DNA from: Lineus longissimus
Lineage: Eukaryota
DNA length: 64,000 bases
Assembly (NCBI RefSeq): GCF_910592395.1
Contig: NC_088308.1
Span: forward strand, 1,054,001 to 1,118,000
Reading direction: 5' to 3'
Shown here: one piece after another, positions 15,882 through 27,700 of the stretch
Layout of the letters: the number at the start of each line of letters is the position of its first letter
Numbering within the stretch: position 1 is the stretch's first letter
Made by a program: the position numbers and the translations under genes
The notes under the pieces: generated by a model
Told to the model about the DNA's origin: nothing
The model's database searches: none
The model's input: only the letters and a program-made list of their open reading frames with translations

Positions 15882-16952
15882 TTAATCTAAAGTCAGTGCC
15901 ATCCTCAATTTTCTCTCCCACTTCTTATCTTTAATTTGTTCTTTCCTTTTGATTGCTCTACGGCTATTTGACCCATCTCGAGGATGTCTGCTTGTTTTTG
16001 CTCCTTCACCAGAGATTTGTGGAGCAGGATGAGTGACCCTTGGTTTGGCATCAGTTTCAATACCTATACCTGCTCTATCCATTTTCAATGTGGTTTTCAC
16101 AGGAAACTTACGTCCCTGTCCAGTAGGCCCTAGTCCCTTCTCAGTGTCCCAGCCCCCCTTGACCATGATCTGATAGCCAGGATTACTCTCTGGTATAAGA
16201 TAGCCTGTAGGACGTGAAGGCTTACGCAGATTGAAGAGATGAATTGTAGATGACTCATGTGCCTTTTTAGTTGTGTCAGAGAAGTCTCGCCCACAGTTAT
16301 CACAGAAAAATCTTTCCACTGTTTTTTCGACTCGATTTTTGCCACTTTTCCCAGCTTGGCATGCCTTGCCATTGAAAAGATTAAGAATATCAGAGCGATG
16401 AGCAATTTTGGCTAAGTCCAAAGCAGTTCTACCTTGGGAATTCTTTATATCTGTCCTCGCTCCCAAACTTAGAAGATACTCCGTAACTGAAAATGATCCA
16501 CTGTGACAAGCACACATAAGCGAAGTCCAACTAAACATATCTGTAGCATTCAAGTCTGCTCCTCTTTTTAGTAACTTTGTCACTGTCTTTAAATCACCAT
16601 TCTGTGATGAAAACAAAAGATCACGATTCAATTTTGTCAGTTCCATATCGCTCAAGTTATCTGTGCATGATTTGTCGGACGACAGTGAAGATGGAACCGC
16701 CTTATGCCCTTTGACCATATCCTGCAGGGCTTTACTGCTGGTCTTGCATCCTGGTTGTGCACTCGGTGTCTCAGAATCTCTTTGTACCAATTCTTCATAG
16801 AACTCTTTGATCTCTTTCCCATCAAGCTTGACATTCAGGTCTGGCAGTGGCACTTGGCGTGGAGTTGACAAATATTCATCCACATTGGAAAAAACTGGAG
16901 TCACAAACTGAATACGTTTCAGGCATAAATTATCACTTTTTCGAAGATCCAT
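15882..16952 (-). CDS. GPANK1: G-patch domain and ankyrin repeat-containing protein 1 (BAT4-like)
   Basis: 356-aa single-exon ORF: ankyrin repeats (DMFSWTSLMCACHSG, GRTALDLA), zinc finger FFCDNC...HESSTIHLF, G-patch NPGYQIMVKGGWDTEKGLGPTGQGRKFPV. Acceptor ttttttcag lies 1 nt before the ATG, implying an upstream 5' exon. Confidence 0.95.
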   Translation of the reverse strand: MDLRKSDNLCLKRIQFVTPVFSNVDEYLSTPRQVPLPDLNVKLDGKEIKEFYEELVQRDSETPSAQPGCKTSSKALQDMVKGHKAVPSSLSSDKSCTDNLSDMELTKLNRDLLFSSQNGDLKTVTKLLKRGADLNATDMFSWTSLMCACHSGSFSVTEYLLSLGARTDIKNSQGRTALDLAKIAHRSDILNLFNGKACQAGKSGKNRVEKTVERFFCDNCGRDFSDTTKKAHESSTIHLFNLRKPSRPTGYLIPESNPGYQIMVKGGWDTEKGLGPTGQGRKFPVKTTLKMDRAGIGIETDAKPRVTHPAPQISGEGAKTSRHPRDGSNSRRAIKRKEQIKDKKWERKLRMALTLD

Positions 16953-18465
16953 CCTGAAAAAAGAAGGAATTTCAACTCACCACTTTATGTAAAGAAAAAG
17001 TCCACAAAGTTAATTTATAGTAATAAAAATTGGCGGGGCCAAAAATAATGGTAGCTCCCCCATGTCGCGTGTTGCGTTCCGCTAAGTCCAGTTAGCCAAA
17101 ATGAACAAGGCTGTGCCGGTGTTTGCTACTTTTTCGCATACAAAAGCCTTCGTATCCGAGGATCACAGCAAAACATGTCAACAGGGCGAGTACCTGTTTA
17201 AGCAAGCTCTATTACTAGAACGTATCAGACTGAGAAAAACCTGGTTGAAAGGTGGTTTTATTCAATTTTAGGTGTATGATATTTGGCAACTTCTCCAAAT
17301 AAGACGCCATTTTGAAAATTTAACGATGTGCTGGGTCGATGGATTCTTTGACACGGTTCGAGAGAGGTCCACTATGCATTCCCTGTGCTGTGTAGTATCA
17401 AATATTGTTCATACACGGCAAACAGATGAGTTTAACGCGAGTGTTTTCATGAGTAATTTTCGGTCATCCTAAACTAACAGCATTTGCCGTCATGAACTCG
17501 ATTGGGGGGGGGGGGGGGGGCGTAAGCTTCCGGTGTCCGCGGTGACGTGTTTTCTGTGTAGGATGGCATGGATGGGTAGGCCCCAACCTCGATAATCTTG
17601 AATACCAGAGCAGAGCGCTCGAGTCCATCCACTGTGTGCACTGAAAATGTATGGCTCGCCTCTGGTAAATCAACGAGGCTTCCTCGACCCACCGCAGCGC
17701 GGCGGATAGGGTCGAGGTTACCTGGACAAAGCTATAGATAATGTGTGTCTGGGTTGGGTTCTCATTCCTGGAAATCCGTGTTTATCTGGTTTATCAATCA
17801 ATGTTTATTTCCCCTTGGCCTTAGTCAGAAATCTAATTCCTCCAATTGCCCCATTGGCTGAGATGAATGATGTCTTATTGACATTGCATATTGTACTTTG
17901 GCCTCGCCTGTTTTTGTACGTACCTTCCTGCTTACCAGACGAAAATACTGAATCGGCCTATCTGCCTGGCTATAGGCCTAGGGCTATGCATGCTATCCCA
18001 TGGGCGCAGGTAAGGCCAAAGGGACAGGGTAGGGTGTTTTTGGTAGCCTACTACCGGTAAATTCATGAGTGTCTTATAGGCTAGGCCTATTTCTGATGTT
18101 GTCAAATCTGCCATAGTGCTATTGGGAGTAGGCCTATTGCATTGCCATTGGTGATGGTGGATTCACAGGAATAAGGCCTTGGCTATGGGAGACGAGGAGT
18201 GAAACTGTTGTTTACTTAAGTAAGTGCGCTCCGTGTTCGGAAACTTTTCCGAGACCGAGTACAGAAGACTAGTGCCAGGCCAGGGAAACGCGAGAGCATT
18301 CAGAAAGGTCTCACGCCTGGTGCGAGTAAGTACTAGCACCAGGCACAAGTGAGGAAACCTCAGAGTTGAGACAAGAGTTGAGACATGAGTTACTTCAACT
18401 TCGGCATGAAATGGCCGGCGGATGTCATTTTTGAGAAAAGATGGCTAGTAACGATTCTGCAAACT

Positions 18466-18574
18466 GTCATCCTTAACAGCGTCCACCGCTGCACCAGTGC
18501 CCACCAGTGTCCACCAGGTTAAAAGTAAGGTATGAAGACATCAAAAATTCTGGTGGATGTTGTTTAGGATGACC
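18466..18574. mobile_element. MITE, same family as 9036-9233 (internally deleted copy)
   Basis: GTCATCCTTAACAGCGTCCACC...CCACCAGGTTAAAAGTAAGGTATGAAGACATC...CTGGTGGATGTTGTTTAGGATGACC aligns with copy 1. Confidence 0.65.
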
Positions 18575-18756
18575 TGCGACCACTGCTTGCATGAGAAAGT
18601 GAAAGTAAATCTTAAAATGATTTTTATTCTTTTTTCAGCTCTTTATGATGAGATATTCAAATTGCCCAACAATTGGACTCTTTCATAGGATTTCATCAGA
18701 ACAGCTGGCTTATATATAGTTTATTCAAATGAAAAGTACTGCGAACTATAAACATC

Positions 18757-21700
18757 ATGCCTTCAAATAACGGAATTTGTAAAAGCATTAGTGGAGGATT
18801 AAGTGCTATGCAGTGTTGTGTTATTCTTTTCACATGGTTGGGTGCTTTCTCCCTGTTGTGGGATTCAGCAATAGGTAAGTTGAAAGTGATGTCAGATTGA
18901 ATTATGGTAGTGGTCCAACTTATCATCTAAAAGAACTGGACCCACTATATTGGCACATATTTTGGCTCTTCAAAACGTGGAATTATTTGGTATGAACCCA
19001 GAATTATATTACGAGGAGAATGTGTTTGCTTTTGAGTCAGAATAAATATAATCAAGGAAAACTCTCTAGTTTATTGGTAGATGTAGGAACTGACAATGAC
19101 TGATTGATAGTAATTTGCCGGTGATTTACACTTCCAGCTGCCTGTGGCGTTCCTCCTAATATTGACAAAGCTGATATCCTTTCTCAAAGTGCCACAGATG
19201 TCAGATACAAGTGTAAAAGTGGTTATGAACCTGGGGCCACGAAAACAATGGCTACCTGTCAAGGGTCGAACTGGGTTTTTGCTGAAAATCGTCCCCTGGT
19301 TTGTAGGCGTAAGTATTGCATTCATGATTCATAAGTTAGAATATCTGAAATTGTCTCTCATTCAAGACTTGCAAGACCTAAAAAAACTCATTGAATATCA
19401 TGCTTACCCTGGCGTACTGCTTGAACTTCATCTCTGTAGAGCTCTGATTTACACTTTTCATCAGTGGTATTGCAAATACATTTGTAGCTAAGCTGGCGTT
19501 AACATAAATTCAATTAGTTAATCAGTAAAGCTCTTCAGGGGATACCTATCATTGTATATGTACAATGTTATGTAGATCTTCATTTTCATGAATAATGTTT
19601 TGTTGTTTTGTAGGTGTCAGTTGTGGGACACCCCCTGACAAACAGCATGCCTCATACAAAGAGAGAAGTTACCTGTTTGGTGATAACGTCTACTATGTCT
19701 GTGATACTGGATATAAACAGGTTTTGGGTACTCCCAATTACAATGTGATATCATGCCAACCAAATGGAAGGTGGACGATGATTTCATTTAGCTGTGGACG
19801 TAAGTATAGTTTTGGGTTCTCTTGGATGACTGTGAGTCTCCAACCGTATTGTATTCGCCCGAGTTCCTGAAGATAATGTTGGAGACTTGGACTTTTGAGA
19901 TAGTTGCTGGCATTTTGTGGTCAGCATTGCGTGTCAACAAAGATTTATGAAAAAAACAAAGCTTGTAAGAAAAAAACTGAAAGTGCCATATTCAACCTCC
20001 AATTGCCCAAGTACAGTAGCCAGTCGTACATGTAGTTAACAGGGGCGCATTCAGTCAATCCGCTTCTCCCAATTTCTGATGGGAAATATAATGCAAAACC
20101 AAGACTCTTGAATACTGCTGGTGGAAATGGACAAAAATCAGAATAGCTGATTGACTGCAGGCACTCATGGTCACAGCCCGGCTGACGAGTGCCATAGACA
20201 TGAGATCCATTTGGGAGGGGGGTTCTAGGAAGCCTCCTTCAGGAATGTTTTATATGAATTTTACATTATATAGATCTTACATTTTCAGCTAAGACTTGCC
20301 CGGCCCTTTCTAACCCAGCAAACGGTAATGTTGCTATTGTCCAGGGTGCAAATAATGAATATAACTACGGCAATATATATAGATTCACGTGTAATGTTGG
20401 ATTTATGAGCAAAGGGAGACAGACAGTTGATGTAACGTGTACCGATGCGGCGACTTGGTCCGAGAAGGATGTGAAATGTGAAGGTAAAGAATAAATATTT
20501 AGTGAGTTGAGATTGGAACCAGCTGAGATGTTATAAGGCATTGTTACTAGCTTTATATTGGTCAAGTTGTAATGTTCATGGAAACAATAATACAAGTTTG
20601 ATGTACAAGGGGAAACTAGAGACAAACACTATCGGAGAATCTCCCTCTCTGTCACAAGTCAACTCACCTGGGGCCTCAAAAGAAATGGTTTTGTCTTTGT
20701 TGACATTTCTTATTCCCTTATTTATTCATATTATATATTTTTAACTTTTGGCTTCCTTTGAGTGATTGTATATTTTTCATTCCAGAGGGCATATGCCCCG
20801 AGCCAACGACACCAGAGAATGGCATTAAACTGAGTACGGGCAACAAGTATGGTGATTTGAGAGAATTCAAGTGAGCATTTCATTTGAAAGTGTTTGTCTG
20901 AAAATGAGTGAACGTTCGCTTGTTTGCCTGTTTGACAATGTGTCTTACAAGGCAGAAATTGTCAAATATCGTTGTAAAGGAACACGATTCCCTAGTGATG
21001 ATGATGATGATTGTGAAACTTGTTTGACGCATGTTTGGACACGAATCAATCTTGTTTTCAGACAATCTCTGAAGTCAGTGTCGCACTGAATCTTAAGACC
21101 ACATTACAACGACTTTGACTTGAAAGTTGAATCGTCTACAATCAATGAGATGATTTATCTAGGTTTTTCAGGTGCAAGAGCCTTGAATCTTCATACAAAT
21201 CACGGTTTTGACAAATATTGGTGCGCCTGAGTAGGCTGGTGCTAAATCTCATTGACATTTGACTTACAGGCATGAAGATTTTTCCGAATTTATGAATTAT
21301 ATGGTCTATTTCTAAAAGAGTTGTCCCCCCGGATCCATGCCTGAAAACATCATTGATCCTTTTCTGTTTTTCCTTATTTCCACATGTAGATGTAAAGACA
21401 AATATGAAATGGTCGGACAACCCAAGAATACTTTAACTTCAGTTTGCCAGAAGGATGGCAAATGGTCAGACCCTCCACCAACATGCAGACTTCTACCTGG
21501 TGAGTGTGGATCTAGGTTTGGTAATTTCATGGTTTATCTTTTTTGTGGATGTTGTGTTATGGTGTTAGCACCAATAGGAACAGGCAAGACTGGTGTTACT
21601 TGTTCTTGGTAATAAGTATGTGATGATCTCAATCTAAACTGAAGTGGTGCAGTGTGGATGAAAAGGTTTTTAATATCTCAAGTTATAAATAGAGCTCTTG

Positions 21701-24700
21701 TTTCAGTTCCGTGTAATGTGCCAAGTGGTCCAAAGAACGGGTATGCGGAAATGGTGAATGATAATGAGTACAGGATGAAGTGTAATCCTGGCTACAAACT
21801 GCAAAGTGGCAATTCATATGAAATAGTCACATGTCAAATTGACGGCACCTGGTCATTCAATCCAGCCGTGTGTTTAGTAGGTAGGTATTGGAAAAGATTT
21901 TGATGTTTAGTCTTTTTGTGGCAGTGAGGCGGACCAACTTTGTTGAGAAAAGGGGCTGAATAATTGAAAATATATAACCATGCAGTCTTTGAGAATTTCA
22001 TTCAGCTGTTGGAAGTTACGTAAAATAGTGAGTATTGTTAATCTGAGGAAGCAGATGGTGCCATTCAGATCAGCGTATAATCCTCGAAATACCTGTCGAT
22101 GTGTTAAAAAGATATCAGCATCATTTTATCAACTTAGGGACTAATGTTAATCAGTTCTTGATAGTATAACCTTCATTTAGGTCTTCAATGCATCTTGACT
22201 GATGACATTAACAAAAAGAAAAAGAAAGTTTTATGGGGCTTGGAGTCGCACCGTTTGCCTGTAAAGCTGAACACTAAGCAGGAGAAAAGAAGTCACATGT
22301 GATGAAATTGCTCTCCATTCTTATCTTAGCTACAGCTATTATTACAACAAAAAATAATATAAAATATCAATGTCAAATCTGTCTGCTTCTAGTTAGTTGT
22401 GGTGCACCAAAAATACCAACCAATGGTGAATTAGTGACAAACGATGACAAAAAGTACACTGTACGCTGCAAAAATGGTTTCAAACTGGTAGGAGGACAAG
22501 TGGGTGAGACTGTCTCGGAGACTTGTCAGAATAATGGTGAATGGACACAGAACAACAACCCTGTCTGTAAAGGTGGTAAGTCATCAATTCACAAAATAGC
22601 ATGTCGTGACCTGCTTACTAATTTGATACAGAATATGTGTGGATTTGTGATTTATTTATTCATGCACTAACTGGTATTAACTTAGCATGTAGAATAGGTA
22701 GATTAGAGCTTCTGTAGATGCATATTACTTTTTTCAGAGTCACTGTTGATTTTAAAAGTTCATTGCCCTTCGGTTCTGCGGGTGTGCACTGCCGTGTTGA
22801 TGATACTGTGTAGATGCTATTTAGCCAGTTGAAGGGCGTCTGTACAAAAGGCCTATCCGACGTGATGTCATAGGCCTATCTGAAACAGATGCACCTAAAC
22901 CGGCTTAATAGCATCTCCGCAGTATATTCTCTTTTACTAACACCAAGAATTAGTTATAACCTTATCAGTTTTTGCTAACACTTATATTGTGTTGTGGGAC
23001 TTACATATTACTGTCACTCCACACTGTCACTTGGCCTGGGTGAAAACTAGTCTGTTCACATGATTTTTCACTGACATGATTTTTTGTCAGGGAGAATGCT
23101 TGTATGCAGAGGATACCTTAGGGATCCTTGAGTATGTTTTGTTACTTTTAAGTCTTATAATTCGTCTCTGCACATATTGCATGTTTATAGATTGCGACAA
23201 AGAGTATGACGTTTGTGAATGTCTTGGTCTTGTCATATATGCCAGAGGATGCTTGCTTTGATGACAATACCATGCTAGCTACATGTATTCATTTGCATGT
23301 ACAGTAGAACCTCTCTAATAAGGACACCCTCGGGACTGAAAAGTACTGTCCTTAAAAGAGAGGTGTCCTGATTAGAGAGGTAAAATTGAATGGTAACAAC
23401 CAATTTGGTACCAAAACCAGTGTCCTTAATAGAGAGGGTGTCCTTATTAGAGAGGTGTCCGCTAAGGGAGGTTCTACTGTACATCTATCCTAACATCATG
23501 CCTGTGGTGGATCATCAATTTAGAATTTCAAACTTGACCCATTTCATCAATCAATCAATCCTGGGACATTAGGTCAATTTTCAAGTAAATGTTTTTGCTG
23601 AAATGAGTGTTCTTGCACTCAATCAGGAGCACTGACAATGCACTTGTCTTTTCACACTGTATGTGTATGCAACATGTGCAGATTATGCTCCTAATACAGA
23701 CCATGGAACCAATTTCTTCCTACAGTTACATGTGGTTCGCCTATCATACCAAACAATGGGGAATTAGTAACTACTGATACTAAGACCTACACCATTCGAT
23801 GCAAAGATGGTTTCAGACTTGAAGGGGGTACAGATAAGATCACTGTATTATGCCAGAATAATGGGCAGTGGACACCAGTCAATGCTGTCTGCACTGAAGG
23901 TAAATATATTGCCAAAAAATATATCTGAATGATTTATGAAGGAGCATGAAACTACACTTTTATTTTGTCACAATACCTAGCAAAACCTGAATTAAAGGTG
24001 TAGATCATAGTCCATTGCCAAAATTTAATTTGTGCAGTACATTATGTAACATGTGTGAGTACCGCAGCCCATGACTGTGCTTGTGCTACACGCTGGAAAA
24101 TGTCCAATTTCTTCCTACAGTTACATGTGGTTCACCAATCATACCAAACAATGGGGAATTAGTAACTACTGATACTAAGACCTACACCATTCGATGCAAA
24201 GATGGTTTCAGACTTGAACTTGAAGGGGTTACAGATAACATCACTGTATTATGCCAGAATAATGGGCAGTGGACACCAGTCAATGCTGTCTGCACTGAAG
24301 GTAAAGTCAGTTCTTGTGCACTTTAGATGTTGAGAATGCTTCTGCTTCAGTACTTTCATGCAATGTGTGCTTTGCTTGTCTATCCCATGGACCTGTTGAT
24401 TGACATATCAACCTTGTGTCCCATTTTGCTTCACACCTATGAGCTGATGGTACGTTGAGGCAGCCAGGACATAACAGCCCTGTTTTCATTTGACTGTTTT
24501 GAATACTGGAAATCTAATTACTGCCACCTAAAAAAAGTTCCCCATTGCCAATAAAAATTTGTAGCACCCTGCACCTTCATTTCTGATGATTGCCTTTCTT
24601 TGAAGACGGCACATGATGTGATCATAACATGACAGCTTGTGCACTGGTGTCTTGATTATCTTATCATCATGTCACTTCGTAGGGCGGAAATTTGGTCATT

Positions 24701-27700
24701 TAAAAAATATATTTGCAGACTGCCACTTTACAGACAATAGCAAAAACAGGGGCTGTTTTGATTATAGCCATTGGCATATCAAGTTTGTATTGAATGGTTA
24801 CAATATCACCATCAACAGTCAAAACTCATCCTTCACTCTCTTTACTTCAGTATGCCTTGCTCCATGAAAAAATTGCTAAACTTTGAAGAAGTTGCATTTA
24901 CTTCTGAATATTTTCTCTTCAAATTGTTGTCACTCAAGTTTCTCTCTCTACAGAAACATGCAAGAAGAAGAATCCCACAGCTCCAGCCAATGGTAAAATT
25001 GAAAAAGTCATGAAACCGGAAACATACAAAATAACCTGTAACAAAGGCTACAAGATTATTGGAAGGGATACCGTCACTTGTGTCAACAAACTATGGTCCC
25101 CGACGACAACGACCTGTACAAAAGGTGAGATATACTCATTGATCAAGCCTTTGGGAGAAGAGGGCTACCACTACCAGGGAAAGTTTAAGAAAACAAAAAT
25201 GAAGACATTCATGAAGGTGTATTGTTACCATGTCGTGAGCTTTCTTTTGAATGTTACTGTTTCAATGTTCTCCACAGCCCACTTTGGTCTGGTTGGCCAA
25301 CTGGTGATACGATGACAAATGTTATTATGACTAGCCGCAGTGAATGGCTTACTGTCTCAATTCAGGCATGGGTCCTGTGTGTTTGCTCTGCTTTGTTTTT
25401 GTCATGAGGAGAGCAATGGCTCCGAGCAATACCTCTCCCCAACAGCATGTTGTCTCTGCGATTGTTCTGGGTGCTGACCTTCCGCTGTTGGCCTGGGAGT
25501 TTACTGTCAGGTCATGAGCATGATGTGTTGAAATGAATCAGCCCAACTTGTTGTTTTTCTCTATTTTCACCCTTCTGACAGACTGCAGTGGACCACCACC
25601 AGCGCCTCTCAATGGTTTGGTCATTAAACTCAAAGAACAAGAATATATCATTCAATGTAAAGAGGGCTATCAGCTGTTGGGTCAGACACATGATGTCACT
25701 GTCACTGTCCAATGTGAGAATTCAATCTGGACAGATAGTTATACTATTATTTGTAAAGGTATGACATCAAAGCAGATGATAATCCTGTCTTAATACTGTT
25801 GTGACATTTGTGGACTGGCATCGTGACACATTTGTCTGTGACACACTAAATGCAGAAACAATGCCCATGAGTTCAAAATATGTCAGTGCCAATCATCACG
25901 TATGTCAGTCTATAGATGATTTTTAACCTTCTGATACAAGTGCACTCTTCCAAACCTTATTTCTCGTCGAAATCCTGTCTGGTGTTGTACTTAACCCTTT
26001 GAATTATTGACACAGATTCCATTATCTTTCTCACCTCTCTAGAGTGTTCTCAGTTTAAACGAGACATGCTTTTGGCCTGTTTGATGAATTCTACGTAACC
26101 CACAATCCCTAACATCACTAGCACCCTCCCTCCAATTGTATTGTTTTTCCTGAACTGGTAACATCCCCATAGTAGTTACAGATTCCCTGAGAAGACCATT
26201 ATAGAATCATGTTAGGATCAACGCTCAGTTGCAAGTACGTTTCAACATGTTTCGATAGCTGTTGGCGGCATGTTGGGAACACATCAGACAGCTGGTGGAT
26301 CAGCCGCACGACCAAGTGTAATATGTCTTACCACAGCATTGACAATATATTGACTAATCTGTCCTTCAAATTTCAGAGCATTCGGGCCATTAATAAAACA
26401 TTTTTGATAAAAAATGTCACATATTTTCTGATTGCTGAAAATCTCTGCTTAACTTTATCACTTCAGAATGTAGGGTATGAATTATTTTTTAAAGTGCATG
26501 GGTGTGTGGGGGAGGTTGGAGGAGTTCCTGCCAGCTTTGTAATCGGGTACCGCCAAATTTACTGCCCTGACTTGCTGTCACGAGGCAAAATCTATGCCCC
26601 CCCCTCTACATGGCACTGATTGTCACTGGGGTCTAGCATTGTTGTGACAGAGGCCTGACATCACTTTGACTGAGTTTGACACACACCCTTGTGTAAATCT
26701 GCACAGCCTATACCCCAACAAACTGTATTGCTCTCCCTCCAAGAGAAAACTGAAACTCGTGTCTTTTCTTCTTTTTCAGAATCTGCTCCGGGGGGATTCA
26801 GCAGGGGCGAGAAAATAGCCATTGGGATTGGGACTTGTATCGGTGCTCTCATCATAGTCGGCCTCGTGATATTTCTCATCTGCAAGTATTGTTCTTATCG
26901 TTTGAAGAAGGGTCACCGTGCTATAGTACCATCGCAGTGTATTAACTGGGTGTTGTAACTTCGTAATAAAATGTGACCCACCACAGCAAAATGAGTTGCA
27001 TGTCGCTTTGAGCTTGACTGGTTGAGACGGACTGGTTGGTCATTTCACTGTTTTCTGCCTTTTGTGAAATCAGAGTGTATCAAAATCTCCTATTATGTCC
27101 TGGTGTCATTTTAGGCTCAACTTCTGTGCGACATGCGACCCATTTTGCCGTGGTGGGTCACAAATCGATATCAGGAATTATTCAGTTAGAATCTCTTTTA
27201 CGTCTTTCATTCAGAGAGAAGGCAGAGAATAATTGGCTATTTCTTTACCAGAACTATATACTATTAATTTTTGTCAGTAAAACAGTGCTCCTGGGGAATG
27301 ACAATACCATGTGGGTATTATATATCAGTAGCCTGATGGCTGTAACAATAACAAGTGCTCATCTTCCACAGTATGTTTCCAGGGAGAGCATGGCGGTCTG
27401 TCATTTTGATAACATGCATTGCCCTGTCATAACTTTGTTAACACTGAGTCATTGATTAGCTAGCTAAATGTCGTAACTTTTATTGTGGTGGTGCATTTTA
27501 TGAACAGTCCCTCTGTTCCATGGTGCTGGCTGACACTGTGATGGACTCATTGTACAGTTTGTCACAATAAACCAGGTGCTTATACTAGAAAATAGACCAC
27601 ACTCCCACTGACTGCATACATGTTCATGTGCACTGTCACCGACGATACCCACTTCCATTGTCCAACTTTCTTCAAACATTGTCAACAGGGAAGAAGCACT

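Noticed and set aside
17950..18140. Cluster of TAGGCCTA-like palindromes (TACATGTA is also frequent in the window)
   Set aside because: These motifs are scattered through introns and intergenic DNA and look like a genome-wide compositional trait, not a local element.
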